Virus record (IMG/VR): IMGVR_UViG_3300038463_000277
Location: 4,960-68,959 of that record
Source: a virus
Reading direction: 5' to 3' (one strand)
Length of the DNA: 64,000 nucleotides
The notes under the pieces are model-generated. The model saw only the letters and a list, made by a program, of their open reading frames with translations. It searched no databases and was not told the DNA's origin. Within the stretch, counting starts at the first letter, position 1. Every line of letters starts with the position of its first letter. This document shows, piece by piece, positions 1-9,356 of this stretch. A program made the translations under genes and the position numbers.

Positions 1-52
1 GTGCTGGCGTAGTCTCCTGCGGTTGGCTCGCAGTTTCCGGCGCTTCGCTCAT
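1..52 (-). CDS. 5' start of probable scaffolding/head protein (runs off the window)
   Basis: GAGG SD then ATG at 52, MSEAPETASQPQETTPA...; acidic/Pro-rich N-terminus downstream of the portal. Confidence 0.4.
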   Translation of the reverse strand, partial: MSEAPETASQPQETTPA

Positions 53-103
53 AACTTTCCTCGCTTCTCATGCCCTACCGGGTTGGCTCCGGCTGGGGTC
101 GAT

Positions 104-361
104 CTAAACTTGTTTGTCCGCACTCAATGCCTGATCGAGCGTTTCCCATAATTCGGAAAGCTCTTGCGCCTTCGCCGCGTAATCAACCGCGTGCTCGACG
201 TTGCGCGGCACCGTCGCCAATTGCATCGCGCTGTTATTCCGTAAGTGCTGCGCGCGATAGGCGATAAACTTTTCGAAACCGCTGCGCAGCGGCCCGCTCG
301 ACGCGATGAAGTTAACAAGCGCGCCGTGCTCGATCTGTGTCCAGCCGACCTCATCCGCCAT
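104..361 (-). CDS. Small head-module protein
   Basis: 85 aa helical ORF overlapping the portal stop; typical position after the portal. Confidence 0.6.
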   Translation of the reverse strand: MADEVGWTQIEHGALVNFIASSGPLRSGFEKFIAYRAQHLRNNSAMQLATVPRNVEHAVDYAAKAQELSELWETLDQALSADKQV

Positions 362-2960
362 TGTTCTTTCCCATGCCGCGAACGCCCGGCTGTTTCACGC
401 CCGCCGCGTCGAGACCTACCTGCTGCTGCTTTTCCTGCGAGGCGAGCTGATTCTTTTGCGCCGCTGCGGTCGCGGCGAGTGCCGTCTTCTGCTGGCTCGC
501 CTGCGCATCCTGCTGGTTCTCTTGCTGCTCGGCCTGCGCGGCCTGTTGCTGGTTTTGCTGCGCCATGGTGTGTTCGTGCGACTGCTGGCCTTCGACGAGC
601 TTCTGTACGTGCGCAACGGTGCCTTGGTGCAACGCACCCAGATGGTCACGGATCGCGCTCACGTGGTCGTGCTCTTGCTGGCCGACGCGCTGTTGATGTT
701 CGTGCGCCTGACGGCTGACTTCCTGCGCCTGCTGGGTGCCTGCGGCGTGCTCGGCCTTCTCTTGCTCGCCCGGTCCTAGTAGGTTGTCGGCAGCATCGCC
801 CGCCTGCCCGGCTCCGACGGCGGTCTTGATGGCGTCGTTGTGGACAAGCGTCTGACTCGGTTGCAATCCAATCTCGCCGAGGAGTTGGTTGGTGACATCG
901 GCGGGCATCTTGTCGATGGGGATATTGATATTGACGCTGATCTTCGGCGGCGGCGGTGACGGCGGAGCCTGCGGCAGAAAATAGTCGTCCGGGTTGCCGA
1001 TACCGCGAATCGTAGACATCTGGAAGCGAATCACTTTCCGCTTGTCGATAATCTCGGGGTTCGCCATGGCGACTTGTGTCAGGGTGAGCGCAGCCTGCTG
1101 CCGCATCTCATCGTCTACCGCAAGGTACGAACCTGCTTCCGGTTCGCAATCGAAATCCTCTTGGATTTCACTCGGGTCGAGGCGGATGGCGACAACTTTG
1201 TCGTAGTGATCGGAGAGCGCCCAATCCGGCATTTGCTGCTGCTTTGCCTCGTCCTTGCCGAGCGCATCGACGCGCTCGCGCGTGCCCTGATTCCAATAGC
1301 TCGACTGAATTTCGAAAGCTGCGTCATGCTGTTGCTGTTGATTCATCCACAGCTTTTTGAGTCCCAGCTCGCGCAGGTAGCGGTTGCGTCCGTCAAACTT
1401 GAATTGCGTGAGAGCGTCGGCAGCCTTCGAAGAGAGTAGCGCCGTCGTCGCCGTCTTGCCCGCTTGCGGATTCGCATCCGTGCCGTTATCGACGGCGGTC
1501 AGCGAGGGCTCGGCAATCGACATCATGCGCATGATTTGCGCTTCGCGGTCGAATGCGCCGTTCGGCAAGGGCGGTTCCGTCAAGGGCTTGATGCCGTTGA
1601 GGTCAGAAATTTTCAGCTCACGGAAGAGCCCCCGCACTACCACTTCCGGCTCAACCGTCACGCCAATGCGCGAGAGGATGAAAGGCTTGAGCAGGTTCGT
1701 GATGTAATCGAAATTCTGCGCGACGGTGAGGTTGTGCATGGCATACAAGTGCCGGAGCAGGCGCGGAGTCGAGTCGCCATAGGCCGAAATCAGGTCAGGC
1801 AGCGGCGTCATGTCGGTGTAGAGATACTTCCCGTAAAGGTCGTAGGGATAGGGCCGCCTGCCGAGCGGTTTGTCACGGAACTTTTCAGAAACGTAGGTAA
1901 TCCAGATTTGCCCGTCGTCGGCATCCTGCGAATGCTGTTCGAGGATGCGGTACTTGCGCCGGGGCCGCAGATTAAAAGGCAAAGAACTGTCCGGGTCTTT
2001 CTCGCGCCCGATGGACGAATTAAACATATCGCGCAGGTCGTCGCCTTCGTCGCGCTGGTCAGTGTCGCCGCCCATGCTCATAAGTTCCTGCAAGGCATCC
2101 GGGTCGAAGGCGGGAACCGGCGCGCCCGTCTTCTCGTCCTCATAGTTGAGCTTCGACATCTTCTTGAGCCAGAGGTCGGTCTCAACGTACTGCTCAATGG
2201 TGTAAGACGATTGGTCGAGGGTGCGGCAATTCGGTTCGAGAAAAAGGTCGCCGTTGAAGATGAACTTCACAACCGGCCCCTCGTACTGCTTGACTTGAGT
2301 CGGCAGATTGACCTCGCTGCCACTCTTCGACATGAAGTCGGCGATTTCGTCGTCATCCATCTCGGGACCAAGTTCGTCTACTGCTTCATCGACTTCATCG
2401 TCGGCAGCACCCTGAAAACGCATGATCGACGCGCGGTCGCGATACACAACGTCCGAGCCCTTCATGATGGCGCGGCGAAATTTCATCATCCGCGTGAGCG
2501 TGTCTTGATAGAGCTTTGTGTACCCCCAGCCGAACGCCTCGGCGGCGAGCACCATGCGGACATCGTGAAAGGCTTCGTTCGAGCGCGCGTATTGCTGCAT
2601 CGCGAGACCACTGAGCGCGTCCGTCACAGTCGGGTCGCTGCCGCCCGTGTAGCGCAGCCGGTAGGGTTGCGCCGTCATGCGGGCCGCGTTGCGGCGATAG
2701 ATAATGTTGAGGTCCGGCATGGCGACGTTCGTCCGGCTCTTATCTTCGTTGTGCGTTTCTGCGCCGGAACGGTCCTTTTTATAGATCGGCGGCGTCTTAC
2801 ACTTGATGGCCTGCCATACCTCGGTCATCTCGCCATAGAGGTTTTTGCGCATCCACTTTTGCGACTCGTTGCGTCGCCCGATGATGTCGGTAACGAGACG
2901 CGCCGGGTCTTTTGGCATACCGGGCGAACCGATTTTCGCGAGTGCTGTCGTGGTGGCCAT
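351..2960 (-). CDS. Portal protein (P22-like) with Gln/His/Ala-rich C-terminal tail
   Basis: 869 aa directly after the terminase; TAT motif (GKTATTALL), overall portal-like layout. Confidence 0.85.
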   Translation of the reverse strand: MATTTALAKIGSPGMPKDPARLVTDIIGRRNESQKWMRKNLYGEMTEVWQAIKCKTPPIYKKDRSGAETHNEDKSRTNVAMPDLNIIYRRNAARMTAQPYRLRYTGGSDPTVTDALSGLAMQQYARSNEAFHDVRMVLAAEAFGWGYTKLYQDTLTRMMKFRRAIMKGSDVVYRDRASIMRFQGAADDEVDEAVDELGPEMDDDEIADFMSKSGSEVNLPTQVKQYEGPVVKFIFNGDLFLEPNCRTLDQSSYTIEQYVETDLWLKKMSKLNYEDEKTGAPVPAFDPDALQELMSMGGDTDQRDEGDDLRDMFNSSIGREKDPDSSLPFNLRPRRKYRILEQHSQDADDGQIWITYVSEKFRDKPLGRRPYPYDLYGKYLYTDMTPLPDLISAYGDSTPRLLRHLYAMHNLTVAQNFDYITNLLKPFILSRIGVTVEPEVVVRGLFRELKISDLNGIKPLTEPPLPNGAFDREAQIMRMMSIAEPSLTAVDNGTDANPQAGKTATTALLSSKAADALTQFKFDGRNRYLRELGLKKLWMNQQQQHDAAFEIQSSYWNQGTRERVDALGKDEAKQQQMPDWALSDHYDKVVAIRLDPSEIQEDFDCEPEAGSYLAVDDEMRQQAALTLTQVAMANPEIIDKRKVIRFQMSTIRGIGNPDDYFLPQAPPSPPPPKISVNINIPIDKMPADVTNQLLGEIGLQPSQTLVHNDAIKTAVGAGQAGDAADNLLGPGEQEKAEHAAGTQQAQEVSRQAHEHQQRVGQQEHDHVSAIRDHLGALHQGTVAHVQKLVEGQQSHEHTMAQQNQQQAAQAEQQENQQDAQASQQKTALAATAAAQKNQLASQEKQQQVGLDAAGVKQPGVRGMGKNNGG

Positions 2961-4033
2961 TAGTAACTAAAACCTCTCACCATGGGCTCGAAGTCCGACC
3001 GATTTGTCTCTTCCTTGATGTGGATGGGGTTGCACATTTCGATGTAACGCAGGTTGTCGGTCATGTGATTCCTGACCTTGACGGGCTTGCCGGTCGGGTC
3101 TTGCCGCTCGACTTGTGTCGGCGTGAGTTGCTGGCGGCGGTTGTTCTTGAGCTGGTACACAAGCTCGGGGCAACGGTCGCCGAAGATGTGAATGCGGCTC
3201 GACTTCTTATAGACATCGTTGTTACCCAAAACCTCGATGACCTTGAGCCCTTCATTGACGACTTCGACGCCGACTTGCCGGTCCTTCTTTGCGTCGTCGA
3301 AATAGGTGCGGCTCATGTGCATTGCCTGCATGTGCATCTCGTAACGTTGCTGGTAATTCTCCTGCTCCGGGTCGTCGTTACTGCCCTTGCCGAAGGCGCG
3401 CGCGGCGTAATCAATCACGCGCTCAAAAACTTCTTCCTCGACCTTCGTGTGTGTTTGCGGGTCGAAGTTCTCGGGGTTCTGATCTGATTCGAGGTACTTG
3501 ATGGTCTCGACATATTCCTGAATGCGCGGGCCGCGCTCATCCTGCCGACATGGCCCTGACTTGCCGTAGAGGATTCCGTTTTCCCAGCGGAAGCAAACAC
3601 TCGACGGCCACAGCTCGCGGTAATACCAGCGGTCGCCCCACGGGTCGGTCGCGCACCACAAAAAAGCGTGCGGGATGCCGGGATGCGGATCGACGGACAT
3701 GCGCCGCGTCCAATCGTGCGGGATGGGGAACGACTGCTCGACCGAAACCTTTTCGTCGAACTGGAAGAGCAGCGAGCCGAGCGTCGCCTCGGCGTCAATC
3801 TCGTACTCTTTCAGGTACAGCGTTGGGTCGGTCATGCGCCCGTAGGCATTGAGAGCCCAAGGCGAGAGAGACTTGTTTATCTCCGGCACAAAGGTCTTCT
3901 CGCCTTCGCCCTTCATCGGATCGGCTTCGTAGTGCAGGCGCAGAATCGTGATGCCGTGCGCGTTCTTCCACGTAGACATTCCAACGTGGGGATACTCGAC
4001 CGGCATTTCGACGGGCGCGCCATCATTTGCCAT
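2960..4033 (-). CDS. terL: Terminase large subunit, C-terminal nuclease half
   Basis: RLHYEADP, KEYEID, MSVDPHP (RNase H acidic residue), NHMTDNLRY; no Walker motifs; abuts the portal. Confidence 0.85.
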   Translation of the reverse strand: MANDGAPVEMPVEYPHVGMSTWKNAHGITILRLHYEADPMKGEGEKTFVPEINKSLSPWALNAYGRMTDPTLYLKEYEIDAEATLGSLLFQFDEKVSVEQSFPIPHDWTRRMSVDPHPGIPHAFLWCATDPWGDRWYYRELWPSSVCFRWENGILYGKSGPCRQDERGPRIQEYVETIKYLESDQNPENFDPQTHTKVEEEVFERVIDYAARAFGKGSNDDPEQENYQQRYEMHMQAMHMSRTYFDDAKKDRQVGVEVVNEGLKVIEVLGNNDVYKKSSRIHIFGDRCPELVYQLKNNRRQQLTPTQVERQDPTGKPVKVRNHMTDNLRYIEMCNPIHIKEETNRSDFEPMVRGFSY

Positions 4034-4339
4034 TTAGTACCTTGACTGCGCCCCCGCGCCCATCATCGGCGTCGAGGATGCCCCTTGCGGAGCTTGCGGG
4101 CCGAGAATGTTGTGCTGCCGTGACAGTTCCGATTCCAAGTCGCTCAGTGTGCGATGGAGTTCGTGAGCAAGATTCACAAGGCAAATTTCGCTCTGCGGTT
4201 CGAGAGTTTTTTCCGTCGGCGATGAGCCAACGAGTTTCGCGGTGATTGCTTGCGTCGAACTGAGAAGAGCCGACGCGCGTTTGTTTGCTTCGCACATAAT
4301 CCCTAGCAAGGGATCGCTAACAGCCTTCGTACCTTCCAT
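4034..4339 (-). CDS. Hypothetical protein
   Basis: GGAGG SD, 101 aa, fills the gap exactly. Confidence 0.6.
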   Translation of the reverse strand: MEGTKAVSDPLLGIMCEANKRASALLSSTQAITAKLVGSSPTEKTLEPQSEICLVNLAHELHRTLSDLESELSRQHNILGPQAPQGASSTPMMGAGAQSRY

Positions 4340-4354
4340 TGACTGCCTCCGTTT

Positions 4355-4972
4355 CTAAGCACCAAAAAATGCGCCGCGTCCGCTCGCGCGACCTTTAGAG
4401 AAGATTGCGCCGCGCTCTTTCGCTGACAGCTTTGAAGACTGGCCCATGCCGCCCGAGACAATTTTCGGCGTGGGAAACGCGCCATCGAGCACGGGATTCG
4501 GCGGGCCGCCTGCCGGGGGCGGCATCGGCGAAGTGCTCTTGCCCATGTTGCCGTCGCTGCCGATGGGATTGCGCGGAGCCTTTGCGACCGCTCCGCCCTT
4601 TGTGGGTCCGCCTAAGCCGAGAGGCAAAGGTCCATTGCCGCCGCCGAAGCTGCCGGGCGTTGCTTTGCGCGGAGCCGCTGCGAGGTTGCCGACTACCGTC
4701 TTGCGCGGTGCGCCTGCAAGAGAGCCCACCATGGTTTTGACTGGTTTCACGCTCCGCATCGGAACGATGGTTTTGATTGGGTTCATCTGTGCTCCCTTCA
4801 AGGCTTGCGCCGCCATCTGCATTGGGTTTCCCAGCGGGTTCGGGGCGGGGCCTGTGCCCTGTGCCCGAGCCGCTAGATGTGGTCTGAGTTGCGCCGGAGT
4901 CTTCGGCGACTTGAGGGCCGCGAGTACCCCGGCGCGCATATGGCCGGACTGTGATGGATCGCCGAACGCCAT
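4355..4972 (-). CDS. Pro/Gly/Ala/Lys-rich disordered protein ending AFFGA
   Basis: GGAGG SD; internal KT[IMV]V repeats; low complexity. Confidence 0.65.
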   Translation of the reverse strand: MAFGDPSQSGHMRAGVLAALKSPKTPAQLRPHLAARAQGTGPAPNPLGNPMQMAAQALKGAQMNPIKTIVPMRSVKPVKTMVGSLAGAPRKTVVGNLAAAPRKATPGSFGGGNGPLPLGLGGPTKGGAVAKAPRNPIGSDGNMGKSTSPMPPPAGGPPNPVLDGAFPTPKIVSGGMGQSSKLSAKERGAIFSKGRASGRGAFFGA

Positions 4973-4984
4973 GACTAACCTCCG

Positions 4985-6280
4985 TTACAAATTCCGAACA
5001 TCGACAACAAACACGTCGCCGCGCGGCACCGCTTTGCCCTTGACCACGGTCATACCGAGCGAGCCCATGGCGTCCGAAGTGAACGCAACGAAGCTGCCCG
5101 TCTGCGAAGGAACGCCGATAGCGTTCTGCACGATGAAGCTCGGCGAGTTGCCGCTGTTAAAGGTGTGGCAGGCGCGCGAGACGACGCCCGTCTGCGCGTT
5201 GTATCCGCGTACTTCGTTCATCCACGCGCTCGTGAAGGGCGTCACTTGCGACTGACTCGTGTCCCAAAACGTTGCGTTGTCGAGCGGGTCGAACTTGCCA
5301 AAGCCGGTGTGCTGATCGCCGCAATACTTCTGCCCGTTCTGCCCCGGCAAGCCGGTGCGCGGAACAATCATGCGAGTCGCGGCGATGTTCGCGTAAGGCA
5401 CTTCGAGGTACTGCCCGCCGCCCGGCCCGCCGAAATAGGCGTGCAGGTAACCCTTGGCCGCATGGCCGCCGCCAAGCATGTCGGTGAGGTTGAGCGTGGC
5501 CGTGTCCCACACAAGCGGATAGCCTTCCGCGCCGTGCGCAGGCGAGGGGCTGACAATCGCATACTGCGGGTTCGCGGTCTGCATCGCTTCGTGAATGACA
5601 AAAGGAAACGTCGTGTGCGGGGAGACCATGTTGCACGCGCCAGTGATGCCCCAATCGCCGGTAATCTGGCCCTTGGTGATGTCGAGCATCCGGTAGCCGC
5701 CGCCCGCGTGTCCGGTTTGGAACACACAGATGTTCGAGCCGCTGTTCTGCTGGCCTTCGGAGAAGCCCGCGACGAAAGTCGTATCGTCCGCCGAGACCAT
5801 GAAACTCGAAGTCCACTTGACCTTGAAGCCCGCAGGCAGACTGCCCGCAAAATCGCATACTGGTGTCGCCGTGCCGGTGTAGGACATGACGGAGCCGACC
5901 GTTTTGAACGTCAGCTTTGCGATCTTCGTGCCGATCAAGCGATAGAGCACTGCCGGGTCGGTGCGCGAGAAACATAGGTTGCCGTCAAACTTGCCGGTGA
6001 GCTGCTTGCCTTGCAAGGTTGCCGGGTTGAACTGGATGACAACGGAGCTGCCGCCCGTGTTCCTGACTAGGAGCAAGGTGTCGTTCGCGTTCCACAAACC
6101 GCATTCCGGCTGATCGGCGGTTTGCATGGAAGAGCCGAGGCAAGTCATGCCGTCGGTGAGGCGAACAATCTTCGTGCCGAAATCAGGGTCGGTCTGGATG
6201 GTGTTCTTGCCGGTGAGCGCGCCCCAATTCGGGAGCGGCGAGGGAAGCTGCGTAATTTTTAGATCGGTGCGGAGAGTCAT
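4985..6280 (-). CDS. Beta-rich, probable beta-propeller protein (possibly carbohydrate-active)
   Basis: DPDFGTKIVRLTD start and PSQTGSFVAFTSD...RGDVFVV end, typical of propeller blades. Confidence 0.65.
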   Translation of the reverse strand: MTLRTDLKITQLPSPLPNWGALTGKNTIQTDPDFGTKIVRLTDGMTCLGSSMQTADQPECGLWNANDTLLLVRNTGGSSVVIQFNPATLQGKQLTGKFDGNLCFSRTDPAVLYRLIGTKIAKLTFKTVGSVMSYTGTATPVCDFAGSLPAGFKVKWTSSFMVSADDTTFVAGFSEGQQNSGSNICVFQTGHAGGGYRMLDITKGQITGDWGITGACNMVSPHTTFPFVIHEAMQTANPQYAIVSPSPAHGAEGYPLVWDTATLNLTDMLGGGHAAKGYLHAYFGGPGGGQYLEVPYANIAATRMIVPRTGLPGQNGQKYCGDQHTGFGKFDPLDNATFWDTSQSQVTPFTSAWMNEVRGYNAQTGVVSRACHTFNSGNSPSFIVQNAIGVPSQTGSFVAFTSDAMGSLGMTVVKGKAVPRGDVFVVDVRNL

Positions 6281-6292
6281 TGGGGGAGTCCT

Positions 6293-6988
6293 TTAGCGCT
6301 TCGTTTCAGAGTGAAACCAGCCCATGCCGTCGGAACTGACGGCGATGATCTGCTTACACACAGGTCGGACTGCGTTAAACGACTGCTCAGCCTCGGGCAA
6401 GAATGCGGCTTCGTCCATGGCGAATCCGTAGGGATGGAACAAACGAACCTGATTTTCTCCCTGCGGAACAGCCAAGATGTGCGAGCCGTTTTTTCGCTTC
6501 ATCTCAACTGAGTTATCGACCACAACCGGGTTGCGTTCCTTCATCCAGTCGGGTTGACGGTTGAACAAGATGCGGCAGTAGTTAATAAGCTGCGTCGCCT
6601 TGTCCTCTTTCTCCGTCTGCATAATCCAAAAAATGTGTGGCAGCCATTGCGTCATCCATGCGATGTATCCGCAGACGAGCCACGAGGTCATCATTTCGCG
6701 CGACTTTGGAATGAAAAGCGTGTCCTGTGTGAGCATCGCTTTCATGGCGGGCACAAAGTAACTCCACGCCGGGAAGGGTGAGACCGGCTCCGTGCCCTTA
6801 CTCAGCCAGTGCTGATCCTCGGTCATCGTGTGCTGGGTCAGCCACAGAAGCGGCCCCGCTTCGAACGATGCAGTGCGGCGGCTGCACTTCTCCCAAACCT
6901 CGCGCTCCGCCATCTCTTTCTTGATGAGAATGTTCATCACCATGCCCTCGCGTTTGATCGGCGAGAGGTTCGGCGTGACTTGGCTCAC
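6293..6988 (-). CDS. terL: Terminase large subunit, N-terminal ATPase half
   Basis: Walker A-like FIPKSREMMTSW, Walker B FAMDEAAF, motif III IAVSS; ends shortly after the ATPase core. Confidence 0.85.
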   Translation of the reverse strand: MSQVTPNLSPIKREGMVMNILIKKEMAEREVWEKCSRRTASFEAGPLLWLTQHTMTEDQHWLSKGTEPVSPFPAWSYFVPAMKAMLTQDTLFIPKSREMMTSWLVCGYIAWMTQWLPHIFWIMQTEKEDKATQLINYCRILFNRQPDWMKERNPVVVDNSVEMKRKNGSHILAVPQGENQVRLFHPYGFAMDEAAFLPEAEQSFNAVRPVCKQIIAVSSDGMGWFHSETKR

Positions 6989-7650
6989 TTAACCCCCCTG
7001 AAAAAATTTACCGCGATGTTCGCGATGGTAAGAAGAGTTAGAATCGCGCCGATAGATAAGATGGCCCAGTGCCAGCCGTCTCGGTTGCCTACCTTGCGAT
7101 CCTCGACCGAGGCCGCCGTCTTCGTGAGCGCGTCAATTTTCTCTGTCAGAACCTTGTTGACTTGCGACAACTTCTCATCCGTCGCGCGGTGCAACGCCTC
7201 GGACTCGCTGCGCGGCATTAACATGCGTTGCTGATCGCCGAGGGTGCTCCTGAATTCGTTCACACTCTCAAATCTTTTTTCTGCGGCAGTCTCCGCTTTC
7301 TGAATCGCGCGGTCGGCGGCTGCCATGGCACTCGTAACCGCTTCTTTCTGCGCCTGAAACGCCGCGTCAATCGCGGCTTTTTGCGCTATGGTTCTCTCGG
7401 TAAGCGCCTTTTCCTGCGCCTCCGAGGCAAGATCAACCGCCCGCTCATGCGCCTCGAAGGCGATGTGACTCTGTTTTTCCGCCGCCTGCCAACGCTCAAT
7501 CGTGACGTGCTCTAGCGCGTCGATGCGCGTCGTTACTACGCTGGCAAGCCCCTCTATCTTCGCGAGCACGTAGGCGCGCAGCGTTTCCGTGTTCCAGATA
7601 GGAACAACCGGAGCGCCGACGCCGTTTTCTTCTGCCTCTCGCCTAATCAC
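6985..7650 (-). CDS. Coiled-coil protein with C-terminal transmembrane helix
   Basis: Ala/Glu/Lys heptads; hydrophobic tail WAILSIGAILTLLTIANIAVNFF. Confidence 0.7.
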   Translation of the reverse strand: MIRREAEENGVGAPVVPIWNTETLRAYVLAKIEGLASVVTTRIDALEHVTIERWQAAEKQSHIAFEAHERAVDLASEAQEKALTERTIAQKAAIDAAFQAQKEAVTSAMAAADRAIQKAETAAEKRFESVNEFRSTLGDQQRMLMPRSESEALHRATDEKLSQVNKVLTEKIDALTKTAASVEDRKVGNRDGWHWAILSIGAILTLLTIANIAVNFFRGVK

Positions 7651-7879
7651 CGCGCTGCACGCTCGTTTCTGGAGCTGGAGCGGGAACGATTGCGGAAACC
7701 ATCGTGTGAATCGCCCTCAATTGTTCCGTGTGTTGCGCCGAGACCTCGGTAGCTTTCGCGCTCCGTGTGGCTGCCATGCTCGCGGTTACAAGGTTCACCA
7801 CGGCGAGCAGAGCGACCGCTAAGGGCGTCAGGAACGCGAGCCATTCGGCAGTCGATGGGATGGGCGGCGATATGATCAC
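7643..7879 (-). CDS. Small single-TM membrane protein (holin candidate)
   Basis: WLAFLTPLAVALLAVVNLVTA; coupled to neighbours. Confidence 0.55.
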   Translation of the reverse strand: MIISPPIPSTAEWLAFLTPLAVALLAVVNLVTASMAATRSAKATEVSAQHTEQLRAIHTMVSAIVPAPAPETSVQRGD

Positions 7880-8301
7880 TGCACGCTTTCCTCGGGAAAG
7901 TGCCCGTGCTCAAGGTGGTAGAGCAGGTCGGAATCGCTGCGCGCGCGCAAGTCCGCCGTGACATCGTTCACGTCGATCTGCTGTTTCGGTTTGCCTTCGC
8001 AGCGATCTACGATTTGATCCATGGCCATGAGGCGCGTCTTATCGACCTCGGGGTCGGGATGAATCACGCAATGGTAGTAAATGTCGGCGATGCGCTCGGC
8101 GCACGTCGTCTTCGTCTCCGGGTCCATGGATGCGAGCTTCTCGCGCAAGGCGATGGTGACGAGCGTAATCATGCGCGACGCTTTGCCGGTTGGATTCGTG
8201 ACGACGCCCCTCTTAAAAGGGGTTCCGCCCGGTATCGCTTGCCCTTGTACGATTCTCGGTTTCTTCGGCGTTACCATAGACTTTTGAGCCACTCGACCCA
8301 C
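7876..8301 (-). CDS. terS: Probable terminase small subunit
   Basis: FKRGVVTNPTG (FxxGxSGNPxG-like) and DRCEGKPKQ motifs; upstream of TerL. Confidence 0.6.
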   Translation of the reverse strand: MGRVAQKSMVTPKKPRIVQGQAIPGGTPFKRGVVTNPTGKASRMITLVTIALREKLASMDPETKTTCAERIADIYYHCVIHPDPEVDKTRLMAMDQIVDRCEGKPKQQIDVNDVTADLRARSDSDLLYHLEHGHFPEESVQ

Positions 8302-8495
8302 GCATTTTTGTGCGGGGTCTTCTCGACGAGTTCGTTCGGATCGAGTTCGAGGTCAACCGCCAGCGGTTCGGCGGGGATTTCCGGCGCGCCGACTACTTCA
8401 AGCTCCAGATTCACGCGATGAAGCTCGGGCGCGACCGCGACGACCTTCGTCACCTTGACCTTTTTGACCGTGGCCTTTTTCTTTTTTTGTGCCAT
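8271..8495 (-). CDS. Small basic protein
   Basis: GGAG SD, MAQKKKK start. Confidence 0.55.
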   Translation of the reverse strand: MAQKKKKATVKKVKVTKVVAVAPELHRVNLELEVVGAPEIPAEPLAVDLELDPNELVEKTPHKNAWVEWLKSLW

Positions 8496-8506
8496 GAGGC
8501 TCCAAT

Positions 8507-8533
8507 AAAAAGGGAGAGCGCGAACGCTCTCCC
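8507..8533 (-). terminator. Intrinsic terminator
   Basis: GGGAGAGCG-TTCG-CGCTCTCCC followed by TTTTT on the minus strand. Confidence 0.8.
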
Positions 8534-8556
8534 CCCAGAACAACAAACCGGGCTTG

Positions 8557-8907
8557 TTACTGCTCGGTGACCTGAAAGCCGCTCGCGCCGCCCGATACAA
8601 CGTCAATCGGGTTGCCGCTGCCGCTGATCGCGGTGCCGCTCGCCAGAGTCGCCGAGACGGTGATGACTGCGCCAGTGACAAGCACGGGTGGGGTTGCCGG
8701 GGCGACGGTGGCGGTCAAACCGCTCGCGTCGGTCGCGACGGGCGTAACCGTGACGCCGGGGTCGCTCGAAGTCCATGAAGGGGTCGAGGTTCCGGTCGGC
8801 AGCGTGGTCGCGAGTCCGGCAGCATCCTGCGGGGTAGCAGTTGCGAGGGCGGTGCCGTTGTCGAGAAGCTGGAAATCGACGCTTGCTTTTGCGATTACTT
8901 TGCTCAT
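8557..8907 (-). CDS. Ig-like (Big_2-like) beta-sandwich protein
   Basis: PSWTSSDPGVTVT motif, Thr/Ala-rich beta strands; AGGAG SD. Confidence 0.7.
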   Translation of the reverse strand: MSKVIAKASVDFQLLDNGTALATATPQDAAGLATTLPTGTSTPSWTSSDPGVTVTPVATDASGLTATVAPATPPVLVTGAVITVSATLASGTAISGSGNPIDVVSGGASGFQVTEQ

Positions 8908-8936
8908 GAAATTTCTCCTAATGGTTTTGGGTTGAG

Positions 8937-9131
8937 TTACCGCTGCGTTTGAAACGTCACACCAAAGCCAACGGGTAACGGGGGGATGAGAATGCGCAGG
9001 ATTTCTTGTAACTGCCCCTGCACATCGACGATGAGTAAATTCTGTGCGGCGAGAGCCTTCTGTAACTTCTCTTGCCCGGCGAGTAACTCTTGCAGCTCGC
9101 GCTGAAACGGTAGTTGAAGCGGGGATTCCAT
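8937..9131 (-). CDS. Small coiled-coil protein
   Basis: 64 aa, fills the operon gap. Confidence 0.5.
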   Translation of the reverse strand: MESPLQLPFQRELQELLAGQEKLQKALAAQNLLIVDVQGQLQEILRILIPPLPVGFGVTFQTQR

Positions 9132-9135
9132 AGCC

Positions 9136-9354
9136 CTACCCTTCGTTGTTAATTACGTTGTCGATCACGAGCACGCCGCCGCTGTGAATGTAGTAACCGC
9201 CAGCGGGATAAGTCGTCGCGAGATAGAGCCCTAGTTGTTTTTGCGCGTTCGCCTGCGTGTCGGACGCAACGCATAAGTCGCCGGGGGGCGCGGAAGCGAC
9301 TCCCAACTTCTTGTGAACTAAAAACTTGTAGACTTTCAAAAGCGGTTGCGCCAT
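9136..9354 (-). CDS. Hypothetical protein
   Basis: GGAGG SD before ATG 9354. Confidence 0.55.
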   Translation of the reverse strand: MAQPLLKVYKFLVHKKLGVASAPPGDLCVASDTQANAQKQLGLYLATTYPAGGYYIHSGGVLVIDNVINNEG

Positions 9355-9356
9355 TT

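Noticed and set aside
1464-2963. 499-aa plus-strand ORF and many similar long antisense ORFs
   Set aside because: Shadow frames of real minus-strand genes in GC-rich DNA; no motifs or SD
4034-6292. Group I intron or intein splitting terL
   Set aside because: The interval is almost fully occupied by three ORFs; no room for a ribozyme core and no intein termini
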